Below, in pieces: positions 1 to 12,505 of a DNA stretch of 64,000 nucleotides. The stretch is from Spironucleus salmonicida. Its lineage: Eukaryota. The stretch lies in assembly GCF_000497125.1 (NCBI RefSeq), contig NC_090596.1:1798001-1862000 (forward strand), given 5' to 3'. Both the position numbers and the translations under genes were made by a program. Under the pieces are notes generated by a model. It was not told the origin of the DNA and did not search any database. It saw only the letters and a list, made by a program, of their open reading frames with translations. Position 1 is the stretch's first letter; every line of letters begins with the position of its first letter.

Positions 1-2
1 TT

Positions 3-2453
3 GTTGAAGACAAGGTTATCAAGAATAACTATGCTTCTGAATACATCTTTAATAGATATAAAAATGAGAAGACTGTTGGTTTGATTTCTGAAGATAAAAT
101 CAACGGTAAGGCCACTTATGCTGAACCATTAGGTATCTTGGCTGGTATTATCCCCACCACCAATCCTACTTCTACTGTTATCTTCAAGTGCTTGATCGCT
201 CTTAAGACACGTAATTGTATAGTTATTTCACCTCATCCTCGTGCTGCTAAATGTTCTATTGAGGCTGCTCGTATTGTACGTGATGCTGCTATAGCTAATG
301 GTGCTCCTAAAAACTGTATTAGCTGGATTACTGATCCATCTGTCGCTCTTTCTGGAGAACTTATGAAGCATAAACTTACCTCATGTATTCTTGCTACTGG
401 TGGTCCAGCTATGGTAACTGCTGCTTACTCTTCTGGAAATCCTGCCTTAGGTGTTGGCCCAGGTAACAACTGCGCTATCATTGATGAGCTATGCAATATT
501 AAGGATGCAGTTTCTTCTATAATTTTATCAAAGACTTTTGATAATGGTATGATCTGTGCTTCTGAGTAATCTTGCGTGGTTGTTGATTCTGTCTATGAAT
601 AAATCAAGGAGGAATTCAAGTATCGTGGTTGCTTCTTCCTTAATAAGGAGGAAACTGCAAAAATAGGTGACTTCTGTCTTCCTATTAACCCTAAGACTGG
701 CATCAGAGGTTTGAATCCAGCAGCTGTTGGCTAACCTGCTCGTAAGATTGCTGAAATGGCTGGTGTTTCCGTTCCCGCCGAACATCCTTGTAAAGTTCTC
801 ATTGGTGAGGATACGAATGATCACATTGGTCATACACATGCCATGAGTCTTGAAAAGCTTGCTCCAGTTTTAGGTATGTTCAAGGCCAAAAATTTCGACG
901 AAGCATTAGAGGTAGCTTCCAAGTGTATCCATATGGCAGGTAAAGGTCATACTGGTTCCATCCATACTGCTTTTGAGGCTTAAGACCGTATCAATAAATT
1001 TGCCCAGGTTGTTTAAGCCGGTCGTTTAATTGTCAATTAACCTTCTGCCCATGGTGGTATTGGCGATTTATATAACTTCACCCTTGATCCTACCTTGACT
1101 ATTGGTTGCGGTTCCCACGGTGGTAACTCCGTATCTCAGAACGTTGGCTGCCAGCATTTACTCAATTATAAAAATGTAGTTGTTAAACGTGAAAATTGCC
1201 TCTGGTTCAAATCCCCACCTAAGATCTACTTCAAATATGGTTGCCTTACCGAAGCCATCAAAGATCTTTATCACTTCAAGAGATGTTTTATTATAACTGA
1301 TAAAATCTTATTCGATCTTGGATATACTGACAACATTATCAAACCTCTCGAAGCCAAAGGTATTAAAACAACAATATTCTCTGAAGTAGCCCCTGACCCA
1401 GATCTTGCCTGTTGTAGCTCTTGTTTGAAGTTGGTTAAGGCTTTCAAACCTGACTGCTTTATCGCCCTTGGTGGTGGTTCTGCTATGGATCTCATGAAGA
1501 TGGTACGTTTGCAATACGAACATGGTGATGCTGATTTCATCGGACTCGCCTAACGTTTCGCAGATATCAGGAAGCGTATTTATGAGTTCCCTGAATTACT
1601 TGACCTTAAGAAGGTTAAGACTTATTCCGTATGTATCCCTACTTCTTCTGGTACTGGGGCTGAGGTTACTCCTTTCGCAGTTATTACTGATAACACCATT
1701 GGTGTTAAGTACCCTCTTGCTGATTACATGCTCGTTCCTCAAATGGCAATCGTTGACTCATCTCTTGCTATGACCATGCCAAGATTCCTTGCTGCATGGA
1801 CTGGCGTTGACGCTCTTACTCACGCTATCGAATCCTATGTGTCCCTTTTGGCCACTGAATTCACTTAACCATTGTCATTATAGGCCATGAAGCTTATCTT
1901 CCAGTATCTCCCTGAATCTTGCAACAAGGTTACTAAGGAATCTCGTGAAGCTATTCATCATGCTGCTACAATTGCTGGTATGGCTTTTGGTAATGCTTTC
2001 TTAGGTATCTGTCATTCTATGGCTCACAAGCTAGGTTAAAAATTCCACGTTCCACACGGTCTTGCTAACGCTATATGCCTCTGCCCTACTATCAAGTTTA
2101 ACTCTACTGATGTGCCTACCAAGATGGGTGCTTTCCCTCAGTACAAGTATCCTTAAGCCATATAACGTTATGGCGAAATCGTTGACTATCTCGGTTTCAA
2201 GCCTAAAGTTAACACACCAATGGGTAAAGTTGAATGTCTCATCGAAAATATTTTGGAACTTTATAAGTAATTAGATGTTTCTCCTTATATTAAAGACTTT
2301 AGAAATGCTCCTACCAAGGAATAATATGTTGAAGCTTTAGATTACCTCAGTTATCACGCCTTTGATGATCAGTGCACTGGTGCTAACCCTCGTTACCCCT
2401 TAATTGCTGAATTGAAGGAAGTTCTGGCTACTTTGTATGAACCTTCCAAGTGA
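3..2453 (+). CDS. adhE: Bifunctional aldehyde/alcohol dehydrogenase AdhE (5'-partial)
   Basis: Single frame once TAA/TAG=Gln. ALDH motifs IPTTNPTST, ILATGGPAMV, FDNGMICASE(Q); Fe-ADH motifs ALGGGSAMD, PTSSGTGAEVT, DALTHAIE, HSMAHKLG, PHGLAN; C-terminal FDDQCTGANPRYP; ends AAG-TGA. Confidence 0.97.
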
Positions 2454-2728
2454 TCATTTATATAAAGTTTAAAAATTATTTATTAAATATATTTTCATTT
2501 ACATTATAGAATGTTAAGAGGCTCATATTGATCATGGCAAATAAAATCAAAATTTACCTTATCTTTAATGTCAACTTTCCACACAACATGCTTACTATTC
2601 TCATATTTGTAATGATATTATTTTCTTTAAACAATACTATACATATAAAGTCTATGCTAAAAATAATTAATATGTTCGAGTTTTTAATTATATTAATAAA
2701 AATTATATTTGCTAACAAATATTATTTT

Positions 2729-2907
<179 letters not shown>

Positions 2908-3924
2908 CTTATTAATCGTTAGGTTCATTTGCGATGCTAATTTAACCAAAAATTGCTTAATATACCAATTAACAAATCATGCATTAATTAAATAATATAT
3001 CAATAGTAGATTTAGTTCCTGGTATAATCATAATAAGTTTTAAACATATTATATGGAAATTACCTATAGTTAATTTTTATTCATCAAATGAAGTAATTTA
3101 ATCTTAATACATATTTTAATTAACATTATATTACTTTTTAGTAGATTATAATATATTTAGCATCAATTAAATGATGGTTATTGGATATTACTTACTTAAA
3201 TTAGATCAGTATTTTTATTATCAAATAATTTTTTATGATATTGTATTGGAAAATATTTGATATGAAACTAATTATTTGTTCTAATAGTTGACCTATTTTT
3301 ACTCAGTAATTAAAAGTAGTTAGATAATAGATAACATAAAAATATTAGATCTATATTATCTTAAATTATTTATAAGGTATCAATATAAATAAAATCGTAG
3401 GCAAAGTTTTATATTAAAATAAAATTACTTATATTGGCAATACAAATCTATAAATATAAGAATAATAGGACTGGGTTAGTCCTTGCTTTGGTATTGTTTT
3501 ATTTATTTGGTGAGCAAACTAAATATTTATAATTGGATCAAAGATTAAAACAATTTATTAAAAATTAGTTCTATGAATAAATAAAGGTTTTATTAAATTG
3601 TATTTATTGCTAGTTATATATTAAATGCAATAGAAACAATTGTTATTGTTAGAAAAGTTTTGTAATCCATTTCTAAGAAATGCAATTATTTTAATAAATT
3701 CTTCTGCAAAATATTACTTAGAGTCAGTATTGCGTCTCTTATAGTCAAATATACTCATAAAATTATGTAATGGAAATCAGGTGCTTTAATTCATGAATAT
3801 ATTTAACTTTACACTAAGTTTTTATTATTCGTTCTTTATTTTAGAAACAAGTAAAAATATTCTTACGTTATAAGTTATATTAATAGAATAAATATATCAT
3901 ATAAAATAGCTATAAATAATAATA

Positions 3925-6333
3925 TCATTAGATAATATCTCCTCGTGTACTACAGTATGTATTACCATTTAAAATTGCCAGCTCAAATATAATTGAATTA
4001 CCTGCTTATTACATCAAGGGAGTTGAAACACCACCAATGTTAAACAAATAATTGGAGGATTAAATGTTTGTAGATGTAATACTTGTTTATGCGGTAAATG
4101 TATTAGCCTAAGCATTATTATAATTACATATTAATGATGTCATCGTCATACTCTACAGATTTAAACTATTTAATACTCCTTAAACTGTTGTTCCTATAAT
4201 ATCTTATTATGTTAGTTATTATCCAATAAATTCTAATGATGTTGATTATACACCTAGAGAGCTAGGATATGTAATCTTATTATTTGCAAACATTGCAGCT
4301 CCTATATTTAAAGGCAGTGGAGAAGTAGCAAGGACGTTATTAATAATAGTTTACGAGATACTAAGAGACTACGAAGTTGAGTTTATTGTATTTATATTAT
4401 TGGTAATAAATTGTCCATTAACTGTTCCATTTTAATTAACGGTCAAAGAATCCAGATTTATTGTTCCCGTAATAGACATACCTGTATTTACTTGAATTGT
4501 GCCAAATTATGTTACTCCAGTTGATGTGAAACTTGTTCTAGAAATAATATTAATCGCAGATACAGGAGTTGTAACTGTTATCAAATTTCCGTTCATTTAT
4601 AGATTTGAGTAATCAAAGTTAACTACATTTGGAAACACTTTAGTGACTGAGTCTTAAAAAATCATATTTGAGTTATCAAAAATTAAATTCTACAAAGATA
4701 CGGGTTAGTTTATAGTAAAAGCAGTAGCTGTTACAAAATTAGTAGTTGTTAATTAGTTAATTGTCAAAGCCCCAAGATTAGCATTATTTATAGTGTTACT
4801 TGGACATTGAAAATCTGTTAAACTGGTAGTTCCAGCTTATAAAGTTATTGGAGCAAAATTTTATGCATTTACTGTAGTTGATTCAAAGTTTTATGATTAA
4901 ATATTGCCAACAGTCCCTAATTAAATCAAAATATTTGGCATTGTTTATGCAGAAGTAAATTATACTTAATTTTATAGCAATCCTGTTCTTGTAGTTAGTG
5001 AATTTGTGGTAATAGTTCCTGAATTTAAATTTGTTACAACGATCGGGATAGATTAAGTAGGTTAAAGTAAAGGATTTGGAGGAAAATTCACAGACTAAAA
5101 TTATAATTAATTGAATTTCAAAGAGGTAAATGATGCAATACCTAGAAATAAGGAATATGGTGTATTAAATGATTATAATTGATTTATTTGATGGATATTA
5201 TTAGAATTCAGAGGAGCAGGATTAAAGGTGTTAATAAATGACTATGCTTGAATAGAACTTTATACTTATGGTAAAGCAATAAATGAAGTACCTTTTGTAA
5301 TAACATTATTTACTGTAAGTGTCGTATTTAACCTACCAATGAGTACTGATAGTATAATCATCGCTACAATTAGTAAAAGCAAGATAATAATAAGAATGAA
5401 ATATATTATCCAAGAATGGTCAAAAACTTTCGGATAAGATATTCTCTATTCTTAAACTTCTTCAATTTTTTATTATGGATCGTCAAATGAGCTTTATGAA
5501 TCTGTTAGATTTTATGACTATGCTATTTATAAAGGTTAGGGTTTCTACCCAATCATAGATAAGAAAGCTCTTTGCTAATCTTTAGAGAAATATTTTTCAT
5601 TAATCCAACAGTTAATTTATATAGTCCCTAATTTATCTTACATCTTTTATTAAAAAGACTAGATATAAGGAATAACCTTGTTTGTTTTTAAATAAACTAA
5701 CTAAGAAATTTTCTTTTATAAAGTAACTTATAAATCTGTTTTAGGCATAGATTCTAAAATAAAAATATCAATCGCATTCTGTAGTAATTTTTAAAAATCT
5801 ACCAATATTGAGTATTCATTATTTTGATTTTATGTCATAAAACCATTTAAATAATAGTTTTCGTTAAAAATTTAATGTTATAAAGAGTTCTTATGAGAGG
5901 AAAAACTGATAATTGGAACTTATATCGTTTATAATAAATTTTAACAATGTTGACAATGTCTTTATACTTAAGAAAAGACAATTATCTACTCTTAATATCC
6001 ACATTAGCATTATAATCCCTAAATAAAAAGCTTTGATAAATTCGGTGGTAATGATTAGATCATTAGCTTGATAGAATTCTAAGAAGATTCCGTTGTAATT
6101 TCATTCAGGAAACTAAGATCAACCTATTATTATGATAATGCATTATTTATAGCTAAATACCAGTGTTCATGACTTTAAAGTGAAGAATAGTTTGATTACT
6201 GATATTGAAGATTCTAAAGCTTTATGACATTTACTATTATTCTAAAAAAGAATGACTATATCGATGACCCTATAGTTTTATATGTGTCCACAGATACAAC
6301 ATTGGATTAAAGAATATTATGAGTTCCATACAT
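3925..6333 (-). CDS. Hypothetical type II membrane protein (~802 aa) with Thr/Asn/Ser-rich C-terminal ectodomain
   Basis: TGA-free frame; N-terminal CQCG...HCQHC; one hydrophobic span (WIIYFILIIILLLLIVAMIILSVLIG, ~5335-5415); long T/N/S/I/G-rich tail. Confidence 0.75.
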
Positions 6334-6443
6334 TTTGTAAATTTTACATATTTGTATATATTAAGCTAATTTAGATATATTTTATTCTAAAATTATTTAG
6401 ATAATAATATACAAGTTATATTATATTTTTATTTTTTTAAATC

Positions 6444-7481
6444 ATGGTGGCTTCTATGTCTAAAAAAAGAATTTTATAAGAAGCAAAGGTGAATGCAGAG
6501 TTAAGGCAAGAAAGGGCTAAAATAGGCATTACCTTGGATCCAGTGTCATATGAAAATGTATATAAATGGGATGCTAGAATTCAATTTACGAATAAGGACT
6601 CACCATTTTATGATTAAATATATTATTTAATAGTTGAAATTCCAAATGATTATCCACAATACCCTCCTAAGATAACTTTTAAGGCTTAGATTTTTCATCC
6701 AAATATTGAAAAACGATCTGGATTGATTTGTAAGAATTTTTATTCACTAGCACAGTGGAGCACACAGAATACTATCTTTACATCTTTACTAGCTGTATAG
6801 CAACTAATTGATAATCCAGTGTGGACGGATATTAATAACTAGGAAGCATTTTAGTTATGGAGAACTGACTTTGATGATTTTTAAAAGATAGCTCAATCTG
6901 TTTGGGCATTAAATCCAGTAGATTTTAAATCAAAAATTTATAGGTTTCCTATTCCATATACTGAATAAACCCAACTTGAGGAAAGTCTTTTTCTCAAGCA
7001 TCAGGAATCTCCAACATTTTACTTCTAGGGAAGATAACATGTGAATAAAACAAGGACTAAATCAGCATTCTATAATGAACGTAAATGCCATAACAATTTT
7101 ATCAAAGATAGTATGAATTTTATCCACACAGGAGAGCTTGACGACGAGATTTAATCTATTTTTAGTAGAAAAAAATATGCTAATCATTCTGGCTAGCGCC
7201 TAATAAATTCATATGCAGGATAAACTGAAATTAAGACAAAAATTCCATAAATTACTAAAGTCTAACCTAAGTGTAAAGTCAATTATGACTAACTTAATAA
7301 TTTATTCGTTACTTAGCGAGATAACCAGTATGGTATAACTGCATAGTCTTAAAATTTAAAATTTAGACGCTCAAACTTAAAATCTGCGCCTCTAGCACCA
7401 TTTAATGTATGTAAATATGATGAGACTACGAATGTTTAGGATTTGATAATTTCTTAGGTTGGCTATTAAAAGCCATAGTGA
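6444..7481 (+). CDS. Ubiquitin-conjugating enzyme E2 with ~190-aa C-terminal extension (345 aa)
   Basis: YPQYPPKITF, IFHPNIEKRSGLICKNF (HPN and catalytic Cys); ends TAG-TGA. Confidence 0.9.
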
Positions 7482-7524
7482 TTATTATATATGAAATTTA
7501 ATATGTTAACAATACGAAATTAAT

Positions 7525-8001
7525 ATGCAGAAGCGCATTATGATTGAAGCAAAGGCAGCTATATAAGAACGCCAGAAGCGTTTGGAGTTAGGAATAGATT
7601 TACATCCTCGTTCAAAGGAGGATATTATGAGCTGGGTAGGTTATCTTAAATTTGTCGAAAAAGATTCAATTTATTATGGCTAAACATATGAGGTTTCTGT
7701 CAAATTACCTTCAAGCTATCCTATGGATCCACCATAAGTTTCTTTTGTCACAAAAATATTTCACCCTAATGTTAAGTATGAGACAGGTGAAATTTGTTTA
7801 AACTTACTGAAAAAAGAAGAATGGACGATTGCAACTTCATTATACAGCTTAATGATAGCATTATAATCCATTGTTAATGGCCCTAACTGTGACTCTCCTC
7901 TTAATCTAGATTCAGGCAATTTGTTTAGAAACTAAGATATCGTTGCATATAAGTCTATGGTTGATTATTGCTATTATGAGAATGATTTAAAGCATGAATG
8001 A
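7525..8001 (+). CDS. Ubiquitin-conjugating enzyme E2, PEX4/UBC21-like (158 aa)
   Basis: YPMDPPQVSFVTKIFHPNVKYETGEICLNLLK and PNCDSPLNLDSGNLFRNQDIVAYKSMV. The E2 call is secure; the PEX4 subfamily is by recalled signature. Confidence 0.88.
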
Positions 8002-8035
8002 CTTATTAATTTATAAATGTAAATATAAATTTCAT

Positions 8036-8599
8036 TCATAAAAATCCTACTCCATCACATGCTCTATATTTTCTAGATGCACATGATTTCAACAGTTTCA
8101 GTTCATATTTTTTAATCGTCTATAAATTGTATCCCAAAACTTCTAAAAAAATTTATTTGTCTTGAAAACTTAGCTAAGAGCCAGTGAAAATTACGCCTTT
8201 ACCATTTCTACTTATTCTTCTTATAAAATCTAAAAATTTAAAATTAATATTATTAATTAAAATTTCAACTTACGTACCTTAATCATTGATTGCAGATAAA
8301 AAAGTCATAGACAGTTAGCTTGGATGTAGTTATACTAAATCTACAAACCCAGAACATGCTCTAGCGATTTCAGGACTGTTACAAATAGCACATACAATAT
8401 CAAATGATTACACTTCTTTTGTTTTCAAATATGGTATCTAATTAATAGAAGTAATAATAATGTTAACTCTTTCATATTTTAATTTTAATAGTGGATTATT
8501 AAACGCTTATAATATAGGTTTTTCTTTGATATTAGTGATTACAGTGATATTAGTTTATCTTTTATACAGATGGTGAGTAGGTTATAAACAAACGTCCAT
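8036..8599 (-). CDS. Probable RNase P/MRP subunit Rpp30-like (187 aa)
   Basis: SFDIVCAICNSPEIARACSGFVDLVQL, GTQVEI, RNGKGVIFTGS resemble Rpp30 YDIVAV..ACxxxDII..GIxFEI..GRNIIISS. Confidence 0.55.
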
Positions 8600-8660
8600 T
8601 TATTTAATAGATAATTTTTATATATTTAATACAATAATGATTTGATTTAAAAATAATTTA

Positions 8661-11012
8661 ATGCTGCCATTGAAGACATTAACATATGTTCATTAGTTTG
8701 CACATTAATTTTCAGTGAAGAATATTTTATGCTTCACAGAATTTTAGCAAGATAATGAATTATATTTTGCGTTTATTATTGAAAGGGATACGTAATTTAT
8801 TTTGATAATTGATGGTATTTAAACCCAGTAGTTAGCATTATCTGGAACTTAAGATATTTAAAAATAACCAATTGGAATGTTTTCTGATTAAGGTAAATTG
8901 GTAATTTTTGACTCATCAGGTGTTTAAAGATTTATATAAGTTAAACAAAATTAAATAATTGAATAAAAATAGTAACTAGAATTTAAACCATATTATGTAT
9001 TTAATAATCTAGGTACGCATTATATATTTACTGAAAAGTGTATTATACAAGTTGCACAAAGTGTATAAAAAATTATTCCATATGAATATATAGGTGTTTT
9101 GTTTGCCTTTATTTATGAAAATTAATTACTATTTATCGAGATACATGGACACGTATACCAACTGAAGAGATTCAACTTGTCACAGTTTTAGCCGAAGCCG
9201 AGGAACTAGGTGTTCCAGTCCATTTTCAAGGTTACCCAAGCGCTTCAACTAGCGAGACCTGAATTTCTGTGCGAGCTGGAGATCACCTTAATATCTGTGG
9301 ACCTGCAATCGGCTTGCAGAGTCAAGCGCATGCTCCCTTCATCGTGTTATTTAAGCAATGACACACTCATGGTGGCTTCGGAATAACTTTTACAGTCAAT
9401 TGATCTGAGAACAGCGGCAGTCACGTCTTTTGAGATTTCTGTGAATATCCCCTGTATCTTATCGAACAACCTCATGGCTGACCTAAATGGTGGAACGATA
9501 AATATCTACCACCTAACAAATCAGACCTCGCGGTACATGCAGTCTATCCAACAACCAGAGGATATTCACTAATGCGGCGACGGACTTTACGTGAGCTCCA
9601 ATGGAGTCCTGTGCTTAGAGAGCAATAAGCGCCTGGTTTTTGACCTTAACCAAATCATCATATCCCATGTCACGCAGGGAATATCCCTAGACTATATCCT
9701 ATCCAGTTTCGCTCTAGTAAACGGGGAACTCATTGATAAAGACTACATGGTGCTCTCCGCAGTTAGTAACCAGCTTGTTGAGCTGTCCCTCAAGTAAGTG
9801 TTAGATATTTTGCACAAAAAACTAGCGCAAGAGCTGAGCTAGGCAGCGTACAGCATGATTGTAGTAATTTTGTAGTCCATCGCGGCGAATATTACTACAA
9901 CCGATCTTGAGATCCTGGTGAGTACTGTGCGTGATATCTTTACATTCGATGCATTTTATCGCGTTAGATTACTGTAGGATATCCAACGCAGGCTCTTGGA
10001 TATTATGCTATAGGCATTCCATGCGGATTCCATGTAGAATGCTAAGATAGTGAGAGATATGCTTAGGTACCTGACAGATCTCTGTGTTTCTGAGATTGAA
10101 AAGTAGTACCACAGCATCTCTTCGGTTGTAGATGATAATTCTGGTAAGATAGAACTAATTATGTGCACAGATGAATTGTTATCTGACGACAACATCTTCA
10201 CCCACACTCTGGTTGGATGCTTAGCACTTATTCGCTAACAATGTTCTAGTGTCGACGTACAAGAGTTACCTGTACATCCATGGGCAGCTCTATTGACCAG
10301 TCAATATTTCTCAAACCAAATCACTTTCTAGAAAGGGATGACATGTTTTGAACCAATAGCCGATATAGTAGAACAAGAAACAGCGGAACAGTGGGTAGAG
10401 GTGTACAGTAGGGGATAAACATGTGCCAATATACCAGGCAGATTTTTCAGTGACCTATTGACAATAATGTCAAACTCTGATATGCTATCTCAGACGCGCT
10501 ACCAGTTACTCTTCTTCCTTATATTTTGTCAGGTGGAATCAACAGTGCAGGAGCGCTACTTGCCACAGGCATTGGAAGTCATGGATGCCTGCAAGTTTCA
10601 GCACTAGATCGTGGAGTTGATGGTGAGGTATGGGACTGCCCTCCAGCTGAGCGAATATGCGCTCTCCAAAGGCCTCTTCTTTTCGGCAATTTGCATCACT
10701 ACCACCAGCTGCCAAGACCTCAACGTGCTCTAGAGGGAGCTAGGAGGTGTGCTAGACCGGGCCGGGCTGGACCACCTCTCCTATGCGCAGCTCGAGCAGC
10801 ATCTGGGGAGGGAGTGGGTACAGCAAGTGCTGGGGTTACTGGTCGCCAGGTTTGCAGACGCCATGGAACAATTCAAGGCCGCCTTCCTGTGCCAGAGGGG
10901 TTTTGTGTACCACGCGGTGCGGTACGCAGTGCTGCATGACGTTTCCACCTCAGCGGTGGTGCAGCACATGCACCTCAGCGGCCCGGAGCTCCTCGCGATG
11001 TGGAGCGAGTGA
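8661..11012 (+). CDS. Hypothetical protein (783 aa), probable beta-rich N-terminus plus alpha-solenoid C-terminus
   Basis: Continuous frame joining track ORFs 9591-9797 and 10749-11012; ends GAG-TGA. Confidence 0.75.
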
Positions 11013-11027
11013 TTGCGAACCCAGTCA

Positions 11028-11255
11028 ATGGACGCCCTTTCCAACATTCAGATGCAGCTGACCATCCTACAGAGCGCTCTCACGCAGCAGCAGACCACGA
11101 TACAGGAACAGTCACTGGCCATCCAGGACCGCGACCAGGAAATTGCACGACTCAACGAGACCGTGGCCAACTACGAAGGCACCAGCCTGGCTTACTTCTC
11201 CCCGCCGGAAAAGGACCGTGCGCAAAAGCTCCAGGGCCTGTTCCACGGCGCGTGA
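11028..11255 (+). CDS. Small coiled-coil protein (75 aa)
   Basis: MDALSNIQMQLTILQSALTQQQTTIQEQSLAIQDRDQEIARLNETV heptad pattern; GC-rich third positions. Confidence 0.65.
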   Translation: MDALSNIQMQLTILQSALTQQQTTIQEQSLAIQDRDQEIARLNETVANYEGTSLAYFSPPEKDRAQKLQGLFHGA

Positions 11256-11264
11256 CAACTTATC

Positions 11265-12335
11265 TCACTCGAACGGGTTCAGAGGGCCAGCTGAATTCTT
11301 TCCACGCTGAGTATGTGCGTAATTAGCTGCATGCTCATTGTCTAAAAATTACTATTTGCATCCAGAACCAAGTTCACACACAGGTCTAGTTTCTGCAACT
11401 ACACCCGTCCGCCAGCAACATGCAGAATAAAAAACGCCGGAATAACACCGCCTACAGCACTTACTGTCCCAATCTATGTATTTACTGCCTAAACGTACTT
11501 GTAAAAAGTAATTTTACTTCAACTCTGAGAGAAACCACTCCCAAACTTCAGCAATTGTGTTTTGCTATAAAATAACATCAATTTCTACGGAATTTGGCAT
11601 ACTAAAATTAGATTCAAGGCTTTTTTGCATATTCTCACCAGTAATCGAGTTCAGTAATTTCAGTTAATCACAGTTAGAACAAAAATACCTAGTGCAGCAG
11701 ATACAATTGTTAACAACCCGGACTTCCTCGTCGTCATCTAAATACGATTTTGTCCGTTTATAATCTGGTGATTTTACGCCACAACCACCACAAATTCCTA
11801 CATTATCGGACTCAAATTCTTTAAATAGGAAAGTACAGTTTTATACTACTTTTGCTAACAACTTAGATGATGAAAATGTTGCATCTTAATTGCAAATTGG
11901 GCATGTCACCGAATCTGAGAGCTCTTCGTTTTGGAAAAGACAGTATCTACACAAAGAATGCCCGCAACTAAGTTCTAATGGTTCGGATATTACACATTTA
12001 CATTTTGGACAGTTCAGTTATTTGAAAAGAAAGTCGAGAGAAAATTCTAGCATTTGCTGTGGAAGAATTTCAGGAGAAATTGTAGTATTTTTCAGCTAAT
12101 TTCGTTTACTTTCAATGTTTTTGAATGCTATTTAGTGGTTCTTTGACTGTTTGTCAGTTTTCGAAAGAGAGTAGAGAGGATTGGCTATTATGTCAATTTA
12201 GGGATATGATAAAAATTGAGTTTACAAGTTTAATTGAGATATAATTTCTACTGTTGGGAGTGCTAATATAGGAGGATCAACCGAGGATGAACGTGATGTA
12301 GATGGAGAAGACGACGATTCTGAAGAGGATGACAT
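11265..12335 (-). CDS. CHFR-like RING E3 ubiquitin ligase with Cys-rich region and C-terminal PBZ-like finger, no FHA (356 aa)
   Basis: C3HC4 RING CPKC..LSCGHSLCRYC..TCPIC; CGGC, CICCTRYFC, CCRRC; terminal RPVCELGSGCKQQFLDNEHAANYAH; ends GAG-TGA. Confidence 0.8.
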
Positions 12336-12505
12336 TCTGTAAATATATTTTAAATAATATAATATATTATAAAGCTAAGAAAAATTGGATAAATATGAAA
12401 AATAAGATGATATGTAAATATATAACAATGGTAGCGATATTATTGAATTGGATTAAAAATCACAAAAAGAAATATTACTCATTATTCCCTATCTGTAAAT
12501 ACTAT

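Noticed and set aside
81-2274. adhE as a pseudogene or several small ORFs
   Set aside because: All fragments share one frame and the TAA/TAG breaks fall at Gln positions.
8230-8277. Possible GT...AG intron on the minus strand (GTACGT...TTTTTAG)
   Set aside because: No fused branch-point/3' splice motif, and the frame reads through as plausible Rpp30 sequence.
11010-11012. Selenocysteine or read-through TGA fusing 8661-11012 with the in-frame 11013-11255
   Set aside because: The TGA is in the typical AG-TGA terminal context, an ATG follows 15 nt later, there is no redox motif around it and no SECIS was recognised.
10526-11326. Alternative-frame ORFs (10526-10939, 10783-11061, 10781-11047, 11000-11326)
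   Set aside because: Shadow ORFs caused by high GC over the real genes.
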